Positions 20,777 to 32,030 of a stretch of DNA of 64,000 bases are shown here, in pieces. The stretch's first letter is position 1. Each line of letters begins with the position of its first letter. The translations under genes and the position numbers were made by a program. Below the pieces are notes generated by a model, which was not told where the DNA came from, did not search any database, and saw only the letters and a list, made by a program, of their open reading frames with translations. Source of the DNA: Lysobacterales bacterium (GTDB taxonomy: Bacteria; Pseudomonadota; Gammaproteobacteria; Xanthomonadales; SZUA-5); NCBI GenBank assembly GCA_019187485.1, contig JABAQR010000048.1, positions 25,979 through 89,978 on the forward strand, written 5' to 3'.

Positions 20777-21190
20777 TCAGGCCGCCTTGGCCTGCAGCGC
20801 CTTGACCTGCTTGCTGAGGTCGGCGACGCGACGCGACAGCGCCTGCACGTCGGCCTTGCTCGGTACGCCGAGGCGACCGAGCACGCGCGTGACCTGGCCG
20901 CCGACCACGCCCTCGACTTTCCCGAAGTTCGCAGCGGCGCGTTGCTGCACCTGACCGAACACGCCCGCGACGCGGCTGCGCACGTCGGCGACCGCGCCTT
21001 CGGCAAACTTGACGGTGCGCTCACGCAACTCCTGGCCCTGCTCGAACAGGTTGCCGACGAAGCGCACGCCTTCCTTGCGCGACAGCGACACCGCGCCGAG
21101 TGAGGCGAGCAGCGCCTTGCGCGCGCCCTTGTCGGTGCTGGACCTGGACACGCGCACGGACTTGCGGGCGACGGGTTTCTTGCTAGCCAT
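20777..21190 (-). CDS. Phasin-family (PhaF/PhaI-like) granule-associated protein
   Basis: Start at MASKKPVARK. 137 aa, predicted all-helical and rich in K, R, A and V. The segments GVRFVGNLFEQGQE...GVPSKADVQALSRRVADLSKQVKAL resemble poly-granule-associated proteins. Confidence 0.6.
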   Translation of the reverse strand: MASKKPVARKSVRVSRSSTDKGARKALLASLGAVSLSRKEGVRFVGNLFEQGQELRERTVKFAEGAVADVRSRVAGVFGQVQQRAAANFGKVEGVVGGQVTRVLGRLGVPSKADVQALSRRVADLSKQVKALQAKAA

Positions 21191-21378
21191 GATTCTCTCC
21201 TGTGGTTCGAAGTCGGCGCATCCTCGCGCCTGGCGGGCAAGGTATGGGCGCGGCGATGGAACAATCACACTACGCATCGATTGATTTACCTAGGAATTTT
21301 CCGGAGTGATCGAAGCTTGCCTCGCGCTCGGCCTTTGCCGATGCTTGGGACAATTGAAGGCGCGCCCTGGAGGACACG

Positions 21379-22227
21379 ATGGCTGTGAAAAAATGGGTCA
21401 AGTTTCCGCATGCCAGTGCAACTTTCGACTATGCGGGAGCCAGGCTCGCGAAGGCTTGGGAGCGCCTGCACGCGGGCGACCAGGAGGCATTCCCGGACAA
21501 GAAACATATCGCCGCGCTGCAAAAGAAGTACCCGAAGCTCAAAGCCTCCGGCGAGGCCGATGCGGTCGCAGACGCGCTCCAGAACGCCTGGCGCGACTTC
21601 CATCGCGGCGAGTTCCAGAAGGCTGCCGAGGCTGGTGAGGCACTCGGCGCGATCGGTGCGACGGTCGCCAACAAAGCCGAGGGCATCTATGCGACCCACC
21701 TCGCGAAGGATGTCGACCGTGGCGCGCACTTCGAGCGCTGCGCGAAGCGCGCCGAGGCGGCGATCGCCGCGATGCCCGACGAGGCCAACGCGCACTATTT
21801 CCACGCTTTCGCGCTCGGCCGCTACAGCCAGACCATCTCGATCACCAAGGCGCTGGCGCAAGGCCTCGGGGGCAAGATCCGGGAGAGCCTGGAGCGCACG
21901 CTGAAACTCGCGCCGAAGCACGCCGAGGCGCACACCGCGCTGGGTCTCTATCACGCCGAGATCATCGACAAGATCGGCGCGCTGGTCGGAGGCCTGACCT
22001 ACGGCGCGAAGGCCGACACCGGCCTCAAGCACTTCCAGGAAGCGCTCAAGCTCACGCCGCACGCACCGATCACGCACATCGAGTATGGCAACGGCCTGCT
22101 GATGATGTTCGGCAAGAAGCGCGCGGGCGAGGTGGTCAAGGCCTTCGAGGCTGCCGCCGCACTGAAGCCGATGGAAGCGATGGAGGCACTCGACATTGAA
22201 CGCGCGAAGGCGGAGCTCGCGGGCTGA
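21379..22227 (+). CDS. Hypothetical helical-repeat protein
   Basis: 282 aa with good codon bias and TPR-like helical pairs (AHTALGLYHAEIIDK, LKHFQEALKLTPHAP). I recognise no named family. Confidence 0.6.
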   Translation: MAVKKWVKFPHASATFDYAGARLAKAWERLHAGDQEAFPDKKHIAALQKKYPKLKASGEADAVADALQNAWRDFHRGEFQKAAEAGEALGAIGATVANKAEGIYATHLAKDVDRGAHFERCAKRAEAAIAAMPDEANAHYFHAFALGRYSQTISITKALAQGLGGKIRESLERTLKLAPKHAEAHTALGLYHAEIIDKIGALVGGLTYGAKADTGLKHFQEALKLTPHAPITHIEYGNGLLMMFGKKRAGEVVKAFEAAAALKPMEAMEALDIERAKAELAG

Positions 22228-22403
22228 GGACTGACCTTCGGCGGCGCACTGCGGGCCACGCGGTTCAGACCGCCGGCGAAGCGACCGGCAAGAAAGAGAA
22301 ACCGTTGCGGGGCAGGCTGGAGTGCTGTGCAGCGAACCTCCGACGCCTCGCCGGTGAAGTGCTGCGCGCTACACCGGCCTTCGGGTCGCACCCGGTGCGT
22401 GGT

Positions 22404-23753
22404 TCACTCGTAGCCGTTCGCCATGATCATCGGGTTGGTGGAATTCGGGTCCGCCATGATCGGCACATCGGAGGACAGGCACCACTCCAGCAGGGAACCG
22501 GAACGGCCGTCGAACTCGGTGTCCTGCACGCTCAGGCGCCAGTTGCCGGCACCCAGCACACCCGCGAAAGAAGACAGCGCCTGCACCGGCTGCACGCGAC
22601 CGTTGATCGCCGGTTCGTAGTTATTGCAAGCGGTCAGCGGTGCGCCGCCATCGGCGAAGGCCGCCTGCACGCGGTCACCGTCGGCGCAATTGCTGCCGCT
22701 CGGGCGATCCATCAGCAACAGCGGACCGGCGGCATCTGGGGCGGTCTTGGTCAGCGAGATCCGCAAATCGCTGACATCGCGGTGGTCGGTGTGCACCGTC
22801 ACGCGCAGATTCGGCACCAGGGCGCCGATGTTGGCCAGCGTGGTCGCGTCGAAGTTGACCGTGCCGCCATCCGGAATGGTTCCGTTGGCAACCACGAAAC
22901 AGGCTTGGGCGGTGCGGAAGAAGGGCCGCGGCGGATCGGAGCCCAGCTCGTCCGCGACGCCGCAGTTGTTGCGCCCGAGCACGTGGTACTGGAAAGGCGT
23001 ATCCGCGGCAAGCGCGGTGACCGGCCGATGAAAGTTCTCGGTGCCGATCCAGCAGTAGTCGCTGAGGTCGGGATTACACACATCATCCAGCGGCATCACC
23101 GGGAAGCTCGTCGCGGTGCACTCCTCGGGTGTGTCGGCCAGCAGGTTGCTGCAGGCACCGATATCCATGCGCCAGTCCTGCACCTGCACCGAGGACAGCC
23201 AGCTGAACCAAGGGCGGGTCGGCATGTCGAGCGCGCCATTCTCGATCTCTCGATAGGCGGTTGACGGAGGCTCGATCTGGGTCTCGACCAGCACGCTCGC
23301 CGTGGCGTACTGCACCGGGTTGCCGAAGAAACCGGAGGTGCGCCCGCGAACCGGAACCTGGCGAATACCACCCGTGTTGACCGAACCGGCGATCAGGCCG
23401 ACGCTGACGATCTTGTTGACGGCACCGCCACCACTGGCCGCCGGCACGAACACCGGATTCGGTGTCACGCCCTGCATGTAGTACCAGGGGAACAGGTCGC
23501 CACCAGGCTCCGTGTAGATGTACTCCTGCCAGGCGTTGCGCCAGACGTAGCGGAAGACCAGGCCGATCTGGTTATTGCGGCACAGTTGATAAGGCGGAGT
23601 GGTGTCGACCTGGCCGTTTGGATGGAAAGGCGTGTAGGTGACCGCGTATTCCAGCCGCATGGTGAAGTTCTGCGCGACCGCGCCCGGCGCAAGCCCGGCG
23701 CCGACCAGCAAGCATGTGAGCAGCAAGCTGCGACGGAGATTCCTGCTGGCCAT
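22404..23753 (-). CDS. Secreted protein with a C-terminal proprotein-convertase P-domain
   Basis: Start at MASRNLRRSLLLTCLLVGAGLAPGAVAQ (signal peptide). C-terminal motifs LRVTVHTDHRDVSDLRISLTKTAPD...GNWRLSVQDTEFDGRSGSLLEWCL match the P-domain pattern. The N-terminal region of about 300 aa is unrecognised and Cys-rich. Confidence 0.7.
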   Translation of the reverse strand: MASRNLRRSLLLTCLLVGAGLAPGAVAQNFTMRLEYAVTYTPFHPNGQVDTTPPYQLCRNNQIGLVFRYVWRNAWQEYIYTEPGGDLFPWYYMQGVTPNPVFVPAASGGGAVNKIVSVGLIAGSVNTGGIRQVPVRGRTSGFFGNPVQYATASVLVETQIEPPSTAYREIENGALDMPTRPWFSWLSSVQVQDWRMDIGACSNLLADTPEECTATSFPVMPLDDVCNPDLSDYCWIGTENFHRPVTALAADTPFQYHVLGRNNCGVADELGSDPPRPFFRTAQACFVVANGTIPDGGTVNFDATTLANIGALVPNLRVTVHTDHRDVSDLRISLTKTAPDAAGPLLLMDRPSGSNCADGDRVQAAFADGGAPLTACNNYEPAINGRVQPVQALSSFAGVLGAGNWRLSVQDTEFDGRSGSLLEWCLSSDVPIMADPNSTNPMIMANGYE

Positions 23754-23905
23754 CCGGCCCTCCCGCCCGATTGGGACTGATACCCCAAGAATAGGGCATT
23801 TAGAATCAAGCACAAAGCGCCTATTGCTCAAGTCGTTTGACAGAACCACCGGCCGACGCTCGAGCACAGCATAAATCGCAAGACGTGTATGGACTGCAAA
23901 GCCGC

Positions 23906-25423
23906 TCACGTAGCCGACGAACGGTGGCGCCGGCGCCGTGGGCGGCGCCCCGCAGGAAGGTCCGCAAGCGTCCGCAGCAGCCGCACGGAAGATTCCGGCG
24001 TAATCGTCTGATCCTGCGGATGCAGCATTGCGACCATCAGCAACTGTTCGAGTTGCTGGCGAAAGCGCTCGATCACGCGTTCCGGATCGGGCACCAGGCG
24101 ACTGTCGGCGATCAACCCGAAATAGACCGAGCCGGCGTAGCTCAGGATGCTGATGCCCATGCCGATGCTGCCGGTTTGCGGCACCCAGAACATCATTTCG
24201 CGCACCGGTGCCCCGCACAGGTAGAGCGGTTCGCGCGGGCCCGGCACATTGGTCGCCACCGTGGTCGCCTTGCGACTCAGCAGCTCCAACGCAGGCCTCT
24301 GCAACGCGGCGGGTCCGATGCCGAGCGCACTCAGCAGTCCGTAAGACATCAGCGCCTGACGCGAGCCCTTCAGCGCCTGCATCGCATCGCGCACCGCCAG
24401 CAGCCGCGCAACCGGGTTGTCGAGGCCGATCGGCAGGTCGAGGAACACCAGACCGAAGTGGTTGCCGAGCTCGCGTGCGTGCTCCAGGGGCCTCAGGTTG
24501 ACCGGCACCGTGGCGCGGATCGACAGGCCGTCGACTGCCTCGCCGCGTTCGACCAGGTACTGGCGCAAGGCGCCCGCAGCGCAGGCCATCAGCACGTCGT
24601 TGACGGTGGCACCAAGCGCATGGCCCACCGCCTTGACTTCTTCCAGCGGCAGGGGATCGCACCAGGCGACGCGCTTGAACACGCCAAGCCGACCCTTGAA
24701 GCGCGTTGGTGGGTCATCAGCGAGGCACAGCGCGCGCACCAGTTCGCGCAGGATCTCCACCGCCTCGTGGCTACCGCTGCGGGCGAGGCCGAGCAGGGAT
24801 TCGCCCGCGGCCTGTGGATCGCGCAGGAACTCGAATCCGCGCTGCAGCAGCGATTCGACCAGTTCGGCCGCATGCTCGACACGGTGACGAGCCGGCGCCA
24901 GCAGACGCTCGAAAATCGTGCCTCCGCCGCGCTTGAGCTTCGACGGCGGGTGCGGCCGGTGATGGCGCGCTTGGGGAGTGGTGTCGTGCAACGACAGCAT
25001 CACCTGCACCAGCGCGATGCCGTCCGCATAGCAGTGGTGGATGCGTACCACCACCGCGCCGCCACCTTGGTAGTTCTCGATCAGGTGGAACTGCCACAGC
25101 GGCTTGCTGTGGTCCAGCGGTGTGCTCGCGAGGTTGCTCACGTACTCCTGCAGGTCGGCCTTGGCGCCCGGGGACGGCAGCGCTGCGCGGCGCACATGCC
25201 ACTGGATGTCGAAGGTGTCGTCATCCTCCCAGTACCACTGCCCGCCGATCTCGACGGCGCGCTGGCGGAAGCGCCGGAAGGACAGGAAGCGCGCCTCGAC
25301 GGTGCGCCGCAACCGCTCGACGTCGAGCGCGTGCGCGAGCACGATCACACCGGTGATCATCATCAGGTTGGTCGATCGCTCCATCCGCAACCAGGCGGTG
25401 TCGACCTTGGACATGGCTTCCAT
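23906..25423 (-). CDS. Wax ester synthase / acyl-CoA:diacylglycerol acyltransferase (WS/DGAT)
   Basis: The HHCYADGIAL catalytic motif (HHxxxDG) is present. The N-terminus M(EAM)SKVDTAWLRME is typical. About 505 aa. Confidence 0.9.
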   Translation of the reverse strand: MEAMSKVDTAWLRMERSTNLMMITGVIVLAHALDVERLRRTVEARFLSFRRFRQRAVEIGGQWYWEDDDTFDIQWHVRRAALPSPGAKADLQEYVSNLASTPLDHSKPLWQFHLIENYQGGGAVVVRIHHCYADGIALVQVMLSLHDTTPQARHHRPHPPSKLKRGGGTIFERLLAPARHRVEHAAELVESLLQRGFEFLRDPQAAGESLLGLARSGSHEAVEILRELVRALCLADDPPTRFKGRLGVFKRVAWCDPLPLEEVKAVGHALGATVNDVLMACAAGALRQYLVERGEAVDGLSIRATVPVNLRPLEHARELGNHFGLVFLDLPIGLDNPVARLLAVRDAMQALKGSRQALMSYGLLSALGIGPAALQRPALELLSRKATTVATNVPGPREPLYLCGAPVREMMFWVPQTGSIGMGISILSYAGSVYFGLIADSRLVPDPERVIERFRQQLEQLLMVAMLHPQDQTITPESSVRLLRTLADLPAGRRPRRRRHRSSAT

Positions 25424-25493
25424 GAGGGACGCCGAGCAGTGAGTGGGGTCACGGTAGGGATGCCGGCCACCCGGCGCCTCCCACACAGATCCG

Positions 25494-25529
25494 TCCGGGC
25501 AGTATCAGCGCATATGGCGACTGCCCGGA
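25494..25529. promoter_or_regulatory. Inverted repeat upstream of WS/DGAT
   Basis: TCCGGGCAGT-16 nt-ACTGCCCGGA, about 70-105 nt upstream of the WS/DGAT start. It could be an operator or a 5'-UTR hairpin. Confidence 0.3.
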
Positions 25530-25969
25530 TACGGCACCTGCCCAAGAAGCGCTCCGATCCGCCGCTTCCCGAGCGGGCGTTCGCGTGCCGATTGCCGTCG
25601 AGGCACCGCTTGTCGAAGCTGGGGATCGGGGTTCGCCAGCGTCCGCCTTTCCGAAGCCCGACAGGGCCGGACTCAATCCATGGTCGGGGCAAACGCGGTT
25701 ACCACGCCGCCCCAAGGCTACGCAAGGATCCCCCGGCCCCGCGACCTCCGCGTCCGAGGGCAAAAGGTCCGTACAGATCGCATCCCAATCCGATCCTGAT
25801 CCTTGTGTGCCGTGAGGTCGGTCGCGGCTGCGCATGCAACTGTCCGTCCAACCGTTCGCCATGGACATGTCCAGGCAGCGCGGGAATGTCCTCCTGGATG
25901 GCGAACCTCGAGCCGCGCCCGTGAAATCCGACTCGTCGGCGATGACGATCATGCGGCCCCGCAAACGAC

Positions 25970-25992
25970 GACGGGCCCACGTGGGGCCCGTC
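25970..25992 (-). terminator. Terminator candidate after pnp
   Basis: GACGGGCC...GGCCCGTC hairpin 26 nt past the pnp stop. On the minus strand it is followed by GTCGTTTGC. Confidence 0.5.
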
Positions 25993-26017
25993 GCTTCGGC
26001 TCGACAGACGCCGAGAC

Positions 26018-28126
<2,109 letters not shown>

Positions 28127-28176
28127 TGGGTAGTCCTTTTCGTCGTGGATGCGAATCGGGTGCGGAGCCGGTGGGC

Positions 28177-28446
28177 TCAGCGGCGCAGGCCCAGCTTCTC
28201 GATCAGCGCGCGGTAGCGCGCATCGTCCTTGCGCTTCAGGTAGGCCAGCAACTGGCGACGCTGGTTGACCAGCTTGAGCAGGCCACGACGCGAGTGGTGG
28301 TCCTTCTTGTGATCGGCGAAATGCGAAGACAACTGTTCGATCCGGGCGGTCAGCAGCGCGACCTGCACTTCCGGGGAACCGGTGTCGCTGGCGCTGCGAC
28401 CGTGGGTCTTGATGATCTCGCCGGTCTGGGTGGCATTCAGAGGCAT
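28177..28446 (-). CDS. rpsO: 30S ribosomal protein S15
   Basis: 89 aa, [33 protein letters not shown]. Immediately upstream of pnp. Confidence 0.96.
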   Translation of the reverse strand: MPLNATQTGEIIKTHGRSASDTGSPEVQVALLTARIEQLSSHFADHKKDHHSRRGLLKLVNQRRQLLAYLKRKDDARYRALIEKLGLRR

Positions 28447-28827
28447 GACGAACTCCTTGTCGTGATGGGGACGAACGCCATGCCCAGTAGGACGGCTGCC
28501 TGGGGACCGACCAACCGAGCGTGGCGCGCGGACTCCCCGCCTGCGGCGCAGGTGGGTGAGCGGGCTTCTTCGGGGGAGAGGATCGAACGCTGCGCGATGC
28601 GGACGTCGGGACCGCGTCAACCGACCCGGCCCGAAAAAGCCGCGCATTATGGGCGCCGAAGCGACCAAAGAACAAGGCAAGGCTGTGCCGCTTTGAAACG
28701 GCTGGCGCGGCCGCGGTTCAGCCTCGCCACCAGTCGGCTCCGGGCGTGCTTGATCCGGCGAAAGGCCGCCGCTATGGTCCGCCGCCGCTCGGAAGCCTCC
28801 GGGCGAAAGCCGCTCGAGGATGCCCGA

Positions 28828-29577
28828 ATGCGTCGCGCGATGGTGCTCGGCAACTGGAAGATGAACGGCAGGCGCGCCGATGCCGTCGCCTGGGCGCGCG
28901 CCGGCGCCGCGCTCGCGGTGGCACTGCCGGGGATCGACGTCGGCGTGTTGCCGGCCTGCGTGCACCTGGCTGCGGCGCGCGAAGCCGCGCAGGGAAGTCC
29001 GCTGCTGCTCGGCGCGCAGAACCTCGCGGCCTGGTCCGACGGCGCCTACACCGGCGAAGTCTCGGGCGCGATGCTGGCCGACTGCGGCGCCAGCCACGTG
29101 CTCGTCGGCCACTCCGAGCGACGCCACGTGCTCGGCGAGAGCGACGCCGTGGTCGCCGAAAAATTCGAACGCGCCCAGGCAGCCGGCCTGGTGCCGGTGC
29201 TCTGCCTGGGCGAAACGCTGGATGAACGCGAAGCCGGCAGCACCGAAGCGGTGGTGCTGCGCCAGCTCGACGCGGTGCTCGCGCGCTGCGGCATCGCCTC
29301 GCTCGCGCGCGCGGTCATTGCATACGAACCGGTGTGGGCGATCGGCACCGGCCGCACCGCGAGTCCGGCGCAGGCGCAGGAAGTGCATGCCTGCCTCCGT
29401 AGCGCAATCGCGAAACGCGATGCTATGCTCGCCAGTCTTGTTCGGATCCTGTACGGCGGTAGCGTCAAGGGATCCAATGCAGCGCAACTGTTCGCGCAGG
29501 CCGACATCGATGGCGGCCTGATCGGCGGTGCCTCGCTGGTCCCCGACGAGTTTGCCGCGATCTGCCGCGCAGCCTGA
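28828..29577 (+). CDS. tpiA: Triosephosphate isomerase
   Basis: [21 protein letters not shown] and [10 protein letters not shown] motifs. Confidence 0.95.
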   Translation: MRRAMVLGNWKMNGRRADAVAWARAGAALAVALPGIDVGVLPACVHLAAAREAAQGSPLLLGAQNLAAWSDGAYTGEVSGAMLADCGASHVLVGHSERRHVLGESDAVVAEKFERAQAAGLVPVLCLGETLDEREAGSTEAVVLRQLDAVLARCGIASLARAVIAYEPVWAIGTGRTASPAQAQEVHACLRSAIAKRDAMLASLVRILYGGSVKGSNAAQLFAQADIDGGLIGGASLVPDEFAAICRAA

Positions 29578-29594
29578 TCGCATTCGAAGAATCC

Positions 29595-30095
29595 ATGAAG
29601 ATCCTGATCATCGTCGTCTACCTGGTCGTGGCCATCGCCATGATCGCCTTCATCATGCTGCAGCGCGGCTCCGGCGCCGCCGCTGGCTCCGGCTTCGGTG
29701 CGGGTGCGTCGGGCACCGTGTTCGGCGCGCGCGGCTCGGCCAACTTCCTGTCCAAGGCCACCAAGTGGCTGGCGGTCGTGTTCTTCGCGATGAGCATGGG
29801 CATGGCGGTCTGGCAGGCACGCTTCGGAAGCGTGCGTGATGCCGCCACCGACCTTGGCGTGATGGGCCAGTTACCCGCCGACGGCGCAACGCCCGCCGCG
29901 CCGCCTGCCGACGGCGAGACGCCGGCGGCTCCGACCGTCAGCACCGGCAGCGACACGCCCGCCACTCCTGCCGCCACCGGCGAGACACCGTCCGCACCGG
30001 CACCAGCCGAGGAACCGCCCGCGGCAGCGCCACCCGTCGCCGAGCCCGCCGCGACACCCGCGGACGCGAGCAAGGACGACACGAAACCGGAATAA
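29595..30095 (+). CDS. secG: Preprotein translocase subunit SecG with a long Pro/Ala/Thr-rich tail
   Basis: The N-terminal 80 aa or so ([35 protein letters not shown]) are typical SecG. The C-terminal 80 aa or so are low complexity. tpiA-secG-tRNA-Leu synteny fits. Confidence 0.9.
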   Translation: MKILIIVVYLVVAIAMIAFIMLQRGSGAAAGSGFGAGASGTVFGARGSANFLSKATKWLAVVFFAMSMGMAVWQARFGSVRDAATDLGVMGQLPADGATPAAPPADGETPAAPTVSTGSDTPATPAATGETPSAPAPAEEPPAAAPPVAEPAATPADASKDDTKPE

Positions 30096-30114
30096 TATTG
30101 AGTCAGGTCAAGCA

Positions 30115-30199
30115 GCCGACGTGGTGGAATTGGTAGACACGCTACTTTGAGGTGGTAGTGGGGCAACCCGTGACGGTTCGAGTCCGTCCGTCGGCACCA
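30115..30199 (+). tRNA. leuU: tRNA-Leu (anticodon GAG)
   Basis: 85 nt. Acceptor stem GCCGACG/CGTCGGC, anticodon loop TTGAGGT, long variable arm, TPsiC arm GGTTCGAGTCC, encoded CCA. Nearly colinear with E. coli leuU, which also follows secG. Confidence 0.93.
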
Positions 30200-30389
30200 A
30201 TGCGTCAGGCACCCTCGGGTGCACCTTGCAGCCCGGCTCCGCGCCGGGTTGCGGCTTCAAGGGCAGGCGAAAGGTCGATAAAACCGACCCGAAACCTGCG
30301 CCAGCCGCCGGTCCGGGCGGCAAGCGGATCGGGCGGGCTCCCGGATGGAGCTCCCCGCGCACAGGCACCACAGACGGGAGCGATTCGGC

Positions 30390-30749
30390 ATGGATCTGCA
30401 GCAGTATCTCCCCATCGCCCTGTTCCTCGGGGTGGCCACGGTGATCGGCATCGCCTTGCTGACGCTCGGCTCGCTGCTCGGTCCGCGCAAGCCCGACAGC
30501 GAGAAACTCTCTCCCTACGAGTGCGGCTTCGAGGCCTTCGAGGACGCGCGCATGAAGTTCGACGTGCGCTACTACCTCATCGCCATCCTGTTCATCATCT
30601 TCGATCTGGAAATCGCCTTCCTGTTCCCCTGGTCGGTGGTGCTCGATCAGATCGGCTGGCACGGCATCGCATCGATGGGCCTGTTCCTCGGCCTGCTGGT
30701 GGTCGGCTTCGTCTACGAATGGAAGAAGGGAGCGCTCGAATGGGAGTGA
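30390..30749 (+). CDS. nuoA: NADH-quinone oxidoreductase subunit A
   Basis: [14 protein letters not shown]...SPYECGFE...[14 protein letters not shown]. Confidence 0.93.
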   Translation: MDLQQYLPIALFLGVATVIGIALLTLGSLLGPRKPDSEKLSPYECGFEAFEDARMKFDVRYYLIAILFIIFDLEIAFLFPWSVVLDQIGWHGIASMGLFLGLLVVGFVYEWKKGALEWE

Positions 30750-31294
30750 CCGACCTGCTCGACCGCACTTTCCACAACCCGACGCCGGTCGGGACGGTCG
30801 ACGACATCCTGCGCCCGCAGGCCGACAACCCGCTGCTCCAGCGCGGCTTCGCCGTGACCAGCGCGGATGCACTGATCAATTGGGCGCGCACCGGCTCGAT
30901 GTGGCCGGTAACCTTCGGCCTCGCCTGCTGCGCGGTCGAAATGATGCACGCCGGCGCCGCACGCCTGGACCTCGACCGTTTCGGCGTGGTGTTCCGTCCG
31001 AGCCCGCGCCAGTCGGACGTGATGATCGTGGCCGGCACCCTGGTCAACAAGATGGCGCCGGCGCTGCGCAAGGTCTACGACCAGATGCCCGATCCGAAAT
31101 GGGTCATCTCGATGGGTTCCTGCGCCAACGGCGGCGGCTACTACCACTACTCGTACGCGGTGGTGCGCGGCTGCGATCGCGTGGTGCCGGTCGACATCTA
31201 CGTCCCCGGCTGCCCGCCGACGGCGGAGGCGCTGGTCTACGGGATCCTGCAGTTGCAGGCCAAGATCCGCCGCACCAACACCATCGCCCGCTGA
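30740..31294 (+). CDS. nuoB: NADH-quinone oxidoreductase subunit B
   Basis: [22 protein letters not shown] and YVPGCPP motifs. The start overlaps the nuoA end. Confidence 0.95.
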   Translation: MGVTDLLDRTFHNPTPVGTVDDILRPQADNPLLQRGFAVTSADALINWARTGSMWPVTFGLACCAVEMMHAGAARLDLDRFGVVFRPSPRQSDVMIVAGTLVNKMAPALRKVYDQMPDPKWVISMGSCANGGGYYHYSYAVVRGCDRVVPVDIYVPGCPPTAEALVYGILQLQAKIRRTNTIAR

Positions 31295-31310
31295 GCCCGG
31301 CCCAAGCACC

Positions 31311-32030
31311 ATGAGCGAAGCCCGCACCCCGCTGCTGGAACAAATCCAGTCCCGCTTCGGCGACGCCATCCTGAGCGCGCGCGAGGCGCTCGGCCAGTAC
31401 ACCATCGAACTTGCGACCGAACGCGTACCCGAGGTCATGCGGGCGCTGCGCGACGAGAAGCCCTTTCGCTTCCAGCAATTGATGGACGTCTGCGGCATCG
31501 ACTATCTGTCCTGGGGCGACGACGAGTGGGAAACCGAGGCCGTCACTGGCGAGGGCTTCAGTCGCGGCGTGACCGGCGCCGGCCCAGGCCGCTTCGCCTG
31601 GGCGGAACGCCCGCGCCCGGCCGGCATCCGCAATCGCTTCGCCGCGGTCGCGCATCTGCTGTCGATCGAGCACAATCTGCGCCTGCGCGTGCGCTATTTC
31701 GCCGCCGACGACGGCCTGCCGGTGGTGCCCTCGGTGGTCGACATCTGGGGCGCCGCGAACTGGTTCGAGCGCGAAGCCTTCGATCTCTACGGCATCGTCT
31801 TCGAGGGCCATCCGGACCTGCGCCGCATCCTCACCGACTACGGCTTCATCGGCCATCCCTTCCGCAAGGATTTCCCGCTGATCGGCAACGTCGAGGTGCG
31901 CTACGACCCGGAGAAAGGCCGCGTGGTCTACGAGCCGGTGTCGATCGAGCCGCGCGTCGGCGTTCCACGCGTGGTCCGCGCCGATGCCCGCTACCTGCAG
32001 GCGCAGAACGAAGTCGCGGGGAAGAACTGA
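31311..32030 (+). CDS. nuoC: NADH-quinone oxidoreductase subunit C
   Basis: 239 aa with [25 protein letters not shown]. Confidence 0.93.
   Translation: MSEARTPLLEQIQSRFGDAILSAREALGQYTIELATERVPEVMRALRDEKPFRFQQLMDVCGIDYLSWGDDEWETEAVTGEGFSRGVTGAGPGRFAWAERPRPAGIRNRFAAVAHLLSIEHNLRLRVRYFAADDGLPVVPSVVDIWGAANWFEREAFDLYGIVFEGHPDLRRILTDYGFIGHPFRKDFPLIGNVEVRYDPEKGRVVYEPVSIEPRVGVPRVVRADARYLQAQNEVAGKN

Noticed and set aside
28447-28827. A hidden small gene in the 380-nt rpsO/tpiA divergent region.
   Set aside because: The only ORFs (for example 28647-28853, minus strand) are Arg-rich with no SD. The region more likely holds two promoters and the rpsO leader.
30115-30389. tRNA-Leu as an integration hotspot (genomic island or prophage boundary).
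   Set aside because: There is no integrase, direct repeat of the tRNA 3' end or foreign-looking DNA. The tRNA is followed directly by the nuo operon in conserved secG-leuU synteny.
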